The notes under the pieces were generated by a model. It ran no database searches. It saw only the letters and a program-made list of their open reading frames with translations, and was not told the DNA's origin. The position numbers were made by a program, and so were the translations under genes. From NCBI GenBank assembly GCA_965261985.1, contig OZ253490.1:1511947-1575946 (forward strand): a stretch of DNA of 64,000 nucleotides, in the 5' to 3' direction. Below, piece by piece: positions 48,063 to 56,812 of this stretch (within the stretch, counting starts at the first letter, position 1; each line of letters starts with the position of its first letter). The stretch is from Alphaproteobacteria bacterium. Its GTDB lineage: Bacteria > Pseudomonadota > Alphaproteobacteria > Bin95.

Positions 48063-49760
48063 ATGGCAGACGACCGGCATCCGTGGCTCGCGAGCTACCC
48101 CGAGAACATAAGCTGGGACGCGGAGATTCCCGAGGGACCGCTCTTCGCAATCCTGGACGACTCCGTCCGTCGCTTCCCGACCCATGAGGCCATGGACTTC
48201 CTGGGCCGGACCTGGAGCTATGCCGAGCTCGGCGCCATGGTGGACCGCGCCGCCGCCGGGTTCCGTTCCCTCGGCGTGGACAAGGGCGTCAAGGTGGGGC
48301 TGTTCCTGCCGAACTGCCCGCAATTCGTCGTTGCCTATTTCGGCATCCTCAAGGCCGGCGGCACGGTGGTGAACTACAGCCCGCTCTATTCGGAGGAGGA
48401 ACTCGCCTACCAGATCGAGGACTCCGAGACCGACATCATGGTGACGCTCGGCCTGGCCGCGCTCTATCCCAAGATGGCGGCGCTGCTGGCGCGCACGCGC
48501 ATCCGCAAGCTGGTCGTCGGCCAGCTCCAGGACGTGCTGCCCTTCCCGAAGAACCTGCTCTTCCCGCTGTTGAAGCGCAGCGAGATTGCGAAGGTGCCGG
48601 ACGACGGCGACCATGTGCCCTTCCGCCGGCTGCTCGACAATGACGGCCTCCGCGAGCCGCCGGAGATCGACCCGCGCGAGGACATTGCGGTGTTCCAGTA
48701 TACCGGCGGCACGACCGGGGTTCCCAAGGGCGCGATGCTGAGCCACGCGAACCTCCACGCCAACATCCACCAGGCGCTGCAATGGAACCCGACGCTGGAG
48801 CCCGGCAGGGAACGCATGATGGGCGTGCTGCCGTTCTTCCATGTGTTCGCGATGACGGTGGTGATGAACTTCACCATCGCCATCGGCGGCTCCATCGTCA
48901 TGCGCCCGCGCTTCGAGCTCGACCCGGTGCTCCAGGACATCACGAAGAAGAAGCCGACGCTGTTTCCGGGCGTGCCGACCATGTACACGGCCATCGTGAA
49001 CCACCCGAAGCTCGACAGCTTCGACCTCACCTCGATCAAGACCTGCATGTCGGGCGGCGCGCCCTTGCCGGTGGAGATCAAGCGGCGCTTCGAGGAGCTT
49101 TCGGGTTGCAAGCTGGTCGAGGGCTACGGGCTGACCGAATCCGCGCCGATCGCCGCCTCCAACCCCTTCGAGGGCGTCAACAAGGAAGGCTCGGTCGGCG
49201 TTCCGGTGCCGGGCACGACGATCACGATCGTGGACAAGGAGGACCCCCTGAAGATCCTGCCGCAGGGCGAGGACGGCGAGATCTGCATCTCCGGCCCGCA
49301 GGTGATGAAGGGCTACTGGCGCCGGGAGGACGCGACGGCCGAGGCCATTGTCGAGGGCCGGCTGCGCACGGGCGATGTCGGGCACCTGGACGAGGACGGC
49401 TATGTGTTCATCATCGACCGCAAGAAGGACCTCGTGCTGGTGAGCGGCTTCAACGTCTTCCCGCGCAATGTCGAGGAAGCGATCTATCGCCATCCCGCCG
49501 TCGAGGAGGTCACCGTCATCGGCATTCCGGACGACTATACCGGCGAGGCGGTGAAGGCGTTCGTCAAGCTCGGCGAGGGCGCGGCGCTGGAGGCCGAGGA
49601 GCTGCTCGCCTTCCTCCGGGACAAGCTCGGCCGCCACGAGGCCCCGAAACATATCGAGTTCCGCGACGAGCTGCCCAAGACGATGATCGGCAAGCTCTCC
49701 AAGAAGGAGCTGGTCGCGGAAGAAGCGGCCAGGCGGGCAGCGGCGGAAACGGCGTCCTGA
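48063..49760 (+). CDS. long-chain-fatty-acid--CoA ligase (AMP-dependent synthetase/ligase)
   Basis: YTGGTTGVPKGAMLSH AMP-binding motif and GYGLTE. GGGGAGGAAG ribosome-binding site. 565 aa. Confidence 0.85.
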   Translation: MADDRHPWLASYPENISWDAEIPEGPLFAILDDSVRRFPTHEAMDFLGRTWSYAELGAMVDRAAAGFRSLGVDKGVKVGLFLPNCPQFVVAYFGILKAGGTVVNYSPLYSEEELAYQIEDSETDIMVTLGLAALYPKMAALLARTRIRKLVVGQLQDVLPFPKNLLFPLLKRSEIAKVPDDGDHVPFRRLLDNDGLREPPEIDPREDIAVFQYTGGTTGVPKGAMLSHANLHANIHQALQWNPTLEPGRERMMGVLPFFHVFAMTVVMNFTIAIGGSIVMRPRFELDPVLQDITKKKPTLFPGVPTMYTAIVNHPKLDSFDLTSIKTCMSGGAPLPVEIKRRFEELSGCKLVEGYGLTESAPIAASNPFEGVNKEGSVGVPVPGTTITIVDKEDPLKILPQGEDGEICISGPQVMKGYWRREDATAEAIVEGRLRTGDVGHLDEDGYVFIIDRKKDLVLVSGFNVFPRNVEEAIYRHPAVEEVTVIGIPDDYTGEAVKAFVKLGEGAALEAEELLAFLRDKLGRHEAPKHIEFRDELPKTMIGKLSKKELVAEEAARRAAAETAS

Positions 49761-49776
49761 AAGGGCCCCGATGAAT

Positions 49777-49810
49777 CCCCTCTCCCGCTTGCGGGAGAGG
49801 CCGGGAGAGG
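49777..49810 (+). repeat. REP-like GC palindrome CCTCTCCCGCTTGCGGGAGAGGCCGGGAGAGGG downstream of fadD (related copy at 46087-46112)
   Basis: The shared core CCGCTTGCGGG(G)AGAGGCCGGG(C/A)GAGGG forms a perfect 8-10-bp hairpin. Confidence 0.5.
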
Positions 49811-49926
49811 GCCGGCGCAGCCGGGGGCGTAGTAGTGGCGCCGCCCGCCTCGGGCGGCTCGCTAACTCCGGCCTCGCGGTGTAGGCTGGGCGCGCATTGC
49901 AACGATACGGGAGAAGGGTCCGCGCC

Positions 49927-50760
49927 ATGCCGCAATTCGACCGCGCCGGCGAGGATGTCGGCAATATCGTCACGCTGGAGCATGTCAATGTCCGGGTGCC
50001 GGACCAGGTGCGCGCGACGGATTTCTATGTCACTACGCTGGGGCTCACGCGCGACCCCTATCTGGTGACCGGCACGAACAACATGTGGATCAATGTCGGG
50101 CGGAGCCAGTTCCACCTGCCCGCCGGCGAGCCGCAGTGCGTGCGGGGCCGGACGGGCCTCGTCATGCCCGATCTCGACGCTCTGGAGGCCCGGCTGGATG
50201 CCGCCGGCGTTCCCTGCGAGCGGGAGGACGGCCATATCGACACCGCCTGCCCCTGGGGCAACCGCATCCGCGCGCACGGCCCGAGCGACGGGCGGACGCT
50301 TGCCATGGACTATGTTGCCTTCGACGTGCCCGAGGGGACGGCCGAGGCGGCGGCGGCCTTCTACCGCGAGGTCTGGAGAACGCCAGCCTGGGTGGACGAG
50401 GACGGCGTGGCGCATGCCTCGGTCGGGCGCGGCCAGGAGCTGCGCTTCGTCGAAACCGCCGAGCCGCAACCGGACTATGACGGGCACCATATCGCGATCT
50501 ATGTCGCCGACTTTTCCGGCCCACACCGCTGGCTGGACGAGCGCGGCCTGGTGTCGGAGGAAAGCAACCGGTGGCAGTACCGCTTCCTCGACATCGTCGA
50601 TCCGGGCACGGGCGAGCCGGTGTTCCGCATCGAGCACGAAGTGCGCTCGATGACCCACCCGATCTACGGGCGCCAGCTGGTCAATCGCAACCCGGCCGTC
50701 ACCAATAACGACTTCGTGCCCGGCCACGAGGCCGCCGCCTGGATGGCCCCGCCGGCATAA
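49927..50760 (+). CDS. VOC-family (glyoxalase/bleomycin-resistance/dioxygenase fold) protein
   Basis: Two beta-alpha-beta-beta-beta modules (LEHVNVRVPD..., HHIAIYVADF). Start ATG at 49927 with GGGAGAAGGG upstream. Confidence 0.6.
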   Translation: MPQFDRAGEDVGNIVTLEHVNVRVPDQVRATDFYVTTLGLTRDPYLVTGTNNMWINVGRSQFHLPAGEPQCVRGRTGLVMPDLDALEARLDAAGVPCEREDGHIDTACPWGNRIRAHGPSDGRTLAMDYVAFDVPEGTAEAAAAFYREVWRTPAWVDEDGVAHASVGRGQELRFVETAEPQPDYDGHHIAIYVADFSGPHRWLDERGLVSEESNRWQYRFLDIVDPGTGEPVFRIEHEVRSMTHPIYGRQLVNRNPAVTNNDFVPGHEAAAWMAPPA

Positions 50761-50775
50761 GGGCGGACGCCGGGC

Positions 50776-51063
50776 CTATGCCCGGCTTGCGGTCTTCAGG
50801 GCGTGGTCGCGCAGCACGCGGTTGATCTCGGTCTGGTAGCCCCGGCCGCCGGGAGCGGCAGCCTTGAACCACGCCACGACATCCGAATCGAGCCGCAGTG
50901 TGACCTGCTGCTTTACAGGCCTGTAGAAGCGGCCGCGACTGGCATGGGACCGGTCCAGAACTTCGGGCAGGTCGCTCGTGTCGATTTCCTCGTCCGCCAG
51001 GGCAGCAAGCACCTCCACCTCTGCCCGCTGTCCGGCCGAGAGCCGTTCAGAAGCCGTCTTCAT
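50776..51063 (-). CDS. BrnA-family (COG3514) antitoxin-like ribbon-helix-helix protein, orphan (no brnT upstream)
   Basis: C-terminal KQQVTLRLDSDVVAWFKAAAPGGRGYQTEINRVLRD matches the BrnA consensus. The 34-bp gap to tauD leaves no room for a BrnT (DUF497) toxin gene. Confidence 0.55.
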   Translation of the reverse strand: MKTASERLSAGQRAEVEVLAALADEEIDTSDLPEVLDRSHASRGRFYRPVKQQVTLRLDSDVVAWFKAAAPGGRGYQTEINRVLRDHALKTASRA

Positions 51064-51097
51064 CAAGGATCCTCTCTCCACGCGGCCCGCCCGCAGC

Positions 51098-51940
51098 CTA
51101 CTCCTCCAGCGTCGGGCCGGCGCCGGTGACGCGGGTCTGGCGCATGCGGCGGCGGAAGCGGTCGGCGTCGTAGCCGGCGCCCCGGTGCAGCAGGCAGCGA
51201 TTGTCCCAGATCACCAGGTCGCCGGGCCGCCAGCGGTGGGTCAGCACATGCTCGTCGGCCGTCATCTCCTCCACCAGCCCGTCCAGCAGCGCGCGGCTCT
51301 CGTCGAACTCCCAGCCCTCGATCTCGCGGGCGTGCGAGCCGATATAGAGGTTGCGCGCGCCGGTGGCCGGGTTGCGGCGCACCAGCCGCTGGCGCACCGG
51401 CGGCAGCGAAGCGGCGTGCGAGGGCGTGACGGCGTCCGGGGCGACCTTCGAGCGCGAGAACACATAGTCGTGGATGCAGACCTGCGGGCCGAGCCGCTCC
51501 TGCTCGTCTTCCTCGATGCGGTCCCAGGCGGCGCGCTGGCTGACGAACAGCGTCTCGCCGCCCTCGTCCGGCGTCTCGTAGGCGCACATGATCGACACGA
51601 AGGACGGCACCGCACGGAAGGACGAGTCCGAGTGCCACATATTGTTGCCGGTCTGGAACACGGTGCGCTTGTGGGCGTTGCCCGCCACGCTGCCGTCGGG
51701 CAGCACATTGCCGATGGTGCCGAAATGCTCGATCCGTCCCTCCTGCCCGAGCACGACATGGTTCGCCTCCGGCTCGCCCAGCCGGCGGGTGAAGGCGAGA
51801 TGCTCCTCGTCGCCGTCCGCAGCGCCCGGCACATGCACGAAGGAATAGCGGTCGATGGCGTCGCGCACCTCGCCCATGTCGAGCTGGCCGATGGGCCGGC
51901 TGTCGAGGCGGACGCCGAATTCGGGGTGGAGCGGGGTCAT
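51098..51940 (-). CDS. TauD/TfdA-family Fe(II)/2-oxoglutarate-dependent dioxygenase
   Basis: HSDSSF with downstream His/Arg (HxD...H) motifs. 280 aa. Confidence 0.8.
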   Translation of the reverse strand: MTPLHPEFGVRLDSRPIGQLDMGEVRDAIDRYSFVHVPGAADGDEEHLAFTRRLGEPEANHVVLGQEGRIEHFGTIGNVLPDGSVAGNAHKRTVFQTGNNMWHSDSSFRAVPSFVSIMCAYETPDEGGETLFVSQRAAWDRIEEDEQERLGPQVCIHDYVFSRSKVAPDAVTPSHAASLPPVRQRLVRRNPATGARNLYIGSHAREIEGWEFDESRALLDGLVEEMTADEHVLTHRWRPGDLVIWDNRCLLHRGAGYDADRFRRRMRQTRVTGAGPTLEE

Positions 51941-52746
51941 GGCATCCCCTCCAGGGTCAGTTGGAAACGGGTAATCTCGGCCATGCCTTCGCCGAACCAG
52001 GCGTCGATGGCGGCCTCGCGGCGCCCGAGATAGACGGGCCTGCCGTCATCGCCCAGCACCATCGGCAGGTCGTGGCCGGGAATCAGCACGGTGCCGGGCC
52101 GGGCGCGCCAGAACTCGCGGATCGTCTCTATGGAGGCGCGCGAGACGGCGGCATCGAAGGTCATGTCCACATCGCCGGAGACGAGCTCCGCGCGGTTCTT
52201 GGCGGCGTCGCCCGTGAACACGACATCGCGCTCGGCCCCGACGAGCCGGAACACCAGGCAGCCCGGCGTGTGCCCCGGCGCCAGATGGGCGGAAATGCCG
52301 GGGAACACATCCTCGCCGTCCGCGACCCGCTCGGTTTTCGGGAAGAGGCCGAGTTCGCGCACATAGAGTTCCGGCACCACCGTCTCGCCCCAGGGCTCGC
52401 CCGCCGCCCAGTCGAGTTCGACCGCGCCGACCGCGACGCGCGCGTTCGGAAACAGCACCCAGTTGACCGCATGGTCGTAATGGGTGTGGGTCAGCAGCAG
52501 GTCGGTAATGTCGGAAGGCTTGAGGCCGCGTTCGGCGAGCGCCGCGGCGAGCAGCTTGCGGTGGCCGAATGCGCCGCAATCCACCAGCGCCAGCCGGTCC
52601 CCGCGGCGGACCAGCACGATAGTGCTCCAGCCGAGCGAGCCGTGGCGCACCGACTTGCCGGGAAAGCCGGTGACGAGGATATCGACTTCCCAGCCGCCGA
52701 CCGCGAAGGCCGACCCGTTGACCGGGTCCGGAATTTGCTGCGTCAT
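51937..52746 (-). CDS. MBL-fold metallo-hydrolase
   Basis: THTHYDH (HxHxDH) and downstream His/Asp ligands. Start ATG at 52746. The longer 666-aa ORF is an antisense fusion artefact. Confidence 0.75.
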   Translation of the reverse strand: MTQQIPDPVNGSAFAVGGWEVDILVTGFPGKSVRHGSLGWSTIVLVRRGDRLALVDCGAFGHRKLLAAALAERGLKPSDITDLLLTHTHYDHAVNWVLFPNARVAVGAVELDWAAGEPWGETVVPELYVRELGLFPKTERVADGEDVFPGISAHLAPGHTPGCLVFRLVGAERDVVFTGDAAKNRAELVSGDVDMTFDAAVSRASIETIREFWRARPGTVLIPGHDLPMVLGDDGRPVYLGRREAAIDAWFGEGMAEITRFQLTLEGMP

Positions 52747-52797
52747 GGCGGCGAGCATAGCCGGCCCGGCAATGAGGACAAGGAGGAGCGGTCTCCT

Positions 52798-53991
52798 ATG
52801 AGTGCGGCCCTGAACGGCGTGAGAATCGTCGATATGACCCACAACCAGGCGGGCCCCGCCTGCACCCAGGTGCTGGCCTGGCTCGGCGCCGAGGTCATCA
52901 AGCTGGAGGAGCCGGGCAGGGGCGAGGCTGCCCGCCGGGCGATGCCCGATATCCCGGGCCAGGACGGGTTGTTCTTCCTTGTGCTGAACGCCAACAAGAA
53001 GAGCCTGACGCTCAACCTCAAGACCGGGGACGGCAAGGCGCTGTTCAAGAAGCTGATCGCCGAAGTCGATATGCTGGTCGAGAACTTCTCGCCGGGCGCG
53101 CTCGACCGGCTGGGGCTCGGCTACGACGTGCTGGCCGAGATCAATCCGCGCCTCATCTACGGCACCATCAAGGGCTTCGGCAGCTATGGGCCGAATTCCG
53201 GCCTCAAGGCGTTCGAGCCCATCGCCCAGGCCATGGGCGGCGCGATGAGCGTCACCGGCTTCCCGGATAACCCGCCGACCTATGTCTGGCCGGCCATCGG
53301 CGATTCCGGCACCGGCATGCATCTCGCCATCGGCCTGCTCGCCGCGCTGCAGCAGCGCCACGCGACGGGCAAGGGCCAGAAGGTCGAGGTCTCGATGCAG
53401 GAGGCGGTGGTCAACATCCTGCGCGTCAGCCTGCGCGACCACCAGCGCCAGGGAATGGTGCAGCCCCGGCGCGGCAACCAGCTCGGCCAGATCGTGCCCG
53501 GCTCCACCTTTCCCTGTGCGCCGGGCGGGCCGAACGACTATGTCTATATCTTCTGCCAGCCGCAGATGTATGAGGGGTTCCGGAGCGCGCTCGACATGCC
53601 GGAACTCGACGACCCGCGTTTCGCCACGCCGGCGGGCCGCTGGGAGCACCGGGAGGAATATAACGCGCTGGTCGAGAGCTGGACCCGGCAGCGCAGCAAG
53701 TATGAGGTAATGCAACTGCTCGGCGCCGCCGGCGTGCCCTGCGGGGCCTGCCAGGACACGGGCGAGGTGCTGGCCGACCCGCATCTGCGCGCGCGGGACA
53801 TGATCGTGGATGTCGATTATCCGGGCCGCGGCACCTACCAGACCGTCGGCTGCCCGATCAAACTCTCCGACTCGCCGGCAGACATCCGCCGCCCGCCCAC
53901 GCTGGGCGAACACAACGAAGAGGTGCTGTCCGCCCATTGCGGCGTCGATGCCGAAACCGCCGCGCGTTTGCGGGAGGACGGGGTGATCTGA
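52798..53991 (+). CDS. CoA-transferase family III (CaiB/BaiF; formyl-CoA transferase-like)
   Basis: VRIVDMTHNQAGPACTQVLAWLGAEVIKLE N-terminus and a conserved Asp region typical of family III CoA transferases. GGAGGAG ribosome-binding site. 397 aa. Confidence 0.8.
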   Translation: MSAALNGVRIVDMTHNQAGPACTQVLAWLGAEVIKLEEPGRGEAARRAMPDIPGQDGLFFLVLNANKKSLTLNLKTGDGKALFKKLIAEVDMLVENFSPGALDRLGLGYDVLAEINPRLIYGTIKGFGSYGPNSGLKAFEPIAQAMGGAMSVTGFPDNPPTYVWPAIGDSGTGMHLAIGLLAALQQRHATGKGQKVEVSMQEAVVNILRVSLRDHQRQGMVQPRRGNQLGQIVPGSTFPCAPGGPNDYVYIFCQPQMYEGFRSALDMPELDDPRFATPAGRWEHREEYNALVESWTRQRSKYEVMQLLGAAGVPCGACQDTGEVLADPHLRARDMIVDVDYPGRGTYQTVGCPIKLSDSPADIRRPPTLGEHNEEVLSAHCGVDAETAARLREDGVI

Positions 53992-54001
53992 AGGTCCGCG
54001 C

Positions 54002-55093
54002 TCAGCCCCGCTGGGCGATGGCCCAGCCGGTCTCAGCCAGCTGGCGGGCCTTGGCGCCGCGCTCTACGGCGTCGGGGGAGCTTGCATTGCCGTCGAGGCC
54101 GCGCTTGTAGACGCCCTGGCTGATCGCGGCGAGGCGGAAGAGCGAGAAGGCGAGGTAGAAGGTCCAGTCGGGAATGCCGCCGCGCCCGGTCCGTTCGCAA
54201 TAGGCGGCGACATAGTCCTCCTCGCTCGGGATGCCGGTCGCCGCATGGTCCATATCGCCTAGAAACCCCCGCACATCGTCGCCGGCATGGTAGGGCAGGC
54301 AGTTATAGGCGAGGTCCGAGAGCGGGTTGCCGAGCGTGCCGAGCTCCCAGTCCACCACCGCCAGCACGCGCGGCTCCCTCGGGTGGAGGATCATGTTCTC
54401 CAGCCGGTAGTCGCCATGCACGACGGTGGTCTCGTCATCGACCGGCATGTTCTCGCCGAGCCAGACGACGAGATTGTCCATCTCCGGCACCTCGTCGGTC
54501 TTGCTCATCTCGTACTGGCCGCCCCAGCGGCGCACCTGGCGGGCCATATAGCCGCCTTCGCGGCCGTAGCCTTCCAGCCCGACGGCGCGGAAATCGACCT
54601 TGTGCAGCGCGGCGAGCGCAGCGTTCATGGCGTCGTAGGTGGCGGCGCGCTCGGCGGGCGGCAGGTCCGGCAGGGTGAGGTTGCGCGCCACACGCCCCTC
54701 GACATGCTCCATGATGTAGAAGGCCCGGCCGATCACGCTTTCGTCCTCGCAAAGCGCCCAAGCGCGCGCCACCGGCACATCCGTGTCCGCGAGCGCGGAG
54801 ATCACCCGGTATTCCCGGTCCACCGCATGGGCCGAGGGCAGCAGCTTGCCGGGCGGCTTCTTGCGCAGCACATAGCGCCGCCCGTTGCCGTCCTCCAGCA
54901 GGAAGGTCGGGTTCGACATGCCGCCCCGGAATTGCGACACCGAGAGCGGGCGCGCGAAGTCCGCAATTTCGCGCTCCATGAAATCGGCGAGCCCGTCCTC
55001 GGGAAACCGGTGCTGGTCTAGCACCGGGGCGGCCACGGCGGTGGTGGTGACCGCGGGCTCGGCGGTCGTTTCGGCAGGTGCCTGGGCAGTCAT
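54002..55093 (-). CDS. phosphotransferase-family (APH-like kinase fold) protein
   Basis: VVHGDYRLENMILH and VVDWE motifs of the aminoglycoside/choline kinase-like fold. Start ATG at 55093. Confidence 0.7.
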   Translation of the reverse strand: MTAQAPAETTAEPAVTTTAVAAPVLDQHRFPEDGLADFMEREIADFARPLSVSQFRGGMSNPTFLLEDGNGRRYVLRKKPPGKLLPSAHAVDREYRVISALADTDVPVARAWALCEDESVIGRAFYIMEHVEGRVARNLTLPDLPPAERAATYDAMNAALAALHKVDFRAVGLEGYGREGGYMARQVRRWGGQYEMSKTDEVPEMDNLVVWLGENMPVDDETTVVHGDYRLENMILHPREPRVLAVVDWELGTLGNPLSDLAYNCLPYHAGDDVRGFLGDMDHAATGIPSEEDYVAAYCERTGRGGIPDWTFYLAFSLFRLAAISQGVYKRGLDGNASSPDAVERGAKARQLAETGWAIAQRG

Positions 55094-55470
55094 CGCAACA
55101 TCGCTCCTTCGCGCCGCGCAAGACTGCCCGGATTTCTCGCCATTGTCATGGTCTGCGCGGCCCGAAGGCGCCGCCCTTCCCAACGCATCCGCGCAGTGCA
55201 GACTTCACACAGGAAATGGCGTGCTAGAGCGGAATCCTTTCGGCTTGGATCGCATTTCGGACCGAACCCACAATCGTCACCCCGGCCGGAGCGAAGCGGA
55301 GAGCTGGGCCCCGGATCGCAGTCCGGGGCGACGAACGGGACACGAGTCCGGCAGCTATCCGCCCACCGCCAGTCGATTCATCCGGATCGAATTGTGCTCT
55401 AACGAGAGCATCGGTCCATGATCGATGACTGCAATTCGTTCATGAATTATGAAGTAATTCTCTGTAGGGG

Positions 55471-55830
55471 CTTGACCCCTGTAAAACCGTGGTAGGATGG
55501 GACAGGAGGAAGCGGCATCCGGAGGCCGCTTCGTCTCCCGCTTCGCGCCGGCGCGAAAAAACCCCAAAGGAACGGACGGGAGACGTGCGCCCTGCGCTTG
55601 GCTCGCGCGCGCAATCAGGCGCGCGAACCGCGCCGGCGCGAACGCGGGCGCGCGCGCCCATGCGATACGCGCGAAAAAGGGACGCGCCGCAGGCAAGCCG
55701 GCGGCGGTGCGAACGGAACGAAACGCGACGGAGGAACGACATGCGGGATGGAGACAAGCGGACCTCGGACGAGGTCGGTGGAGGCGGGTGTGTCCCGGCG
55801 GAACATGACACATCATGACATTTCATGACG
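55471..55830 (+). repeat. copy B of the dispersed repeat family (short variant) with its own CTTGAC-N17-TAGGAT promoter-like motif
   Basis: 5' hairpin AAGCGGCATCCGGAGGCCGCTT, GC palindromes (TTCGCGCCGGCGCGAA) and a 3' ATGACA x3 at 10-bp spacing (55805-55830). Confidence 0.7.
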
Positions 55831-56120
55831 TTTTCGGGTGTCTCCTCCGGGAGCCGGCGGATGGCGGCCGCTTACTGCCCGGCTGAGCGCTCGGGGGCGG
55901 GGCTGCTTCGTCTCCCGCCTCGCGCCGGCGCGAAACGGTCATGCGATACGCGCGAAGAAGGGGCGCACTGCCGGGAAGCCGGCGGCAGCGCGAACGGCAC
56001 GAAACGCGATGGAGGAACGACATGCGGCATGCAGACGAACGGCGCTCCGGCGAGGCCGGCGGCGGCAGGCGGCGCGCGACGGGTCATGACATCGCATGAC
56101 AGAACATGACATTTCGCGAC
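55831..56120 (+). repeat. copy C of the dispersed repeat family (tandem to B, 5'-truncated/divergent)
   Basis: Shares CGCGAA-rich core segments with B and ends with ATGACA x3 at 10-bp spacing (56086-56111). Confidence 0.6.
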
Positions 56121-56238
56121 AGCCTCTGGGCTCATGGGGATGGATGGAGTTGCGGGCCCCCGCCCGTACATTCCGCCGGCGAATCCCTTGTGGCAGAGTG
56201 GGGGCCGCGCAACCGAGCAGGGCAAGGAGGACCGGGCG

Positions 56239-56601
56239 ATGTTCGACAAGGGGCATCTGGAGTTCCACAGCGTCGATCTGGACACGGGCTGGGAGGTGCC
56301 GGCGGGCTATCCGGCCGGCATCGAGCAGAAAATACTGGCCGGCGGGCTGGACGAGGCGGCCGGGCGGGGCAACCGCTCGCGCCTGCTGCGCTTCGCGCCG
56401 GGCGCCTTCACCACCGAGCCGTTCGTGCACGACTACTGGGAGGAGGTCTATCTGCTCTCGGGCGACCTCGCGGTCGGCGCCGGGGGAGGCGCGGAAACCT
56501 TCGCGCCCAACACCTATGCCTGCCGCCCGCCGGGCGCTTATCACGGCCCGTTCCGCTCCGATGGCGGCTGCATGCTGCTCGAAATCCACTATTACGCCTG
56601 A
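56239..56601 (+). CDS. cupin-domain protein (120 aa)
   Basis: Cupin beta-barrel pattern. AAGGAGG ribosome-binding site. Start ATG at 56239. Confidence 0.6.
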   Translation: MFDKGHLEFHSVDLDTGWEVPAGYPAGIEQKILAGGLDEAAGRGNRSRLLRFAPGAFTTEPFVHDYWEEVYLLSGDLAVGAGGGAETFAPNTYACRPPGAYHGPFRSDGGCMLLEIHYYA

Positions 56602-56812
56602 AGCCGGAGCCGCGATTCACCCGCGTCCGCGCCCTATTTGCGCCCCAATTGGCGGTCATTGTCGCATCCGGCGGCGGGGCTTCCCCGGCCCTGACGCCTT
56701 CATGTCCCCATATACTCTTCCCTGTGCCTTGCGGCCGGCATGGACCCACCCCGTCCATGCCGGCCATTTTCTTGCGCTGCGGAAGCGTACAGGCTTGCAT
56801 CGTAGTGCGGGG

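Noticed and set aside
51937-53991. 666-aa (minus) and 676-aa (plus) ORFs
   Set aside because: Each is a real gene (MBL hydrolase 51937-52746, CoA transferase 52798-53991) fused in silico to antisense sequence of its neighbour. The starts were reset using conserved N-termini and ribosome-binding sites.
55471-56120. Possible CRISPR array suggested by tandem similar blocks
   Set aside because: The units are about 300 bp, unequal and divergent, with no short regular repeat-spacer periodicity and no cas genes. The region is interpreted as tandem copies of a dispersed repeat instead.
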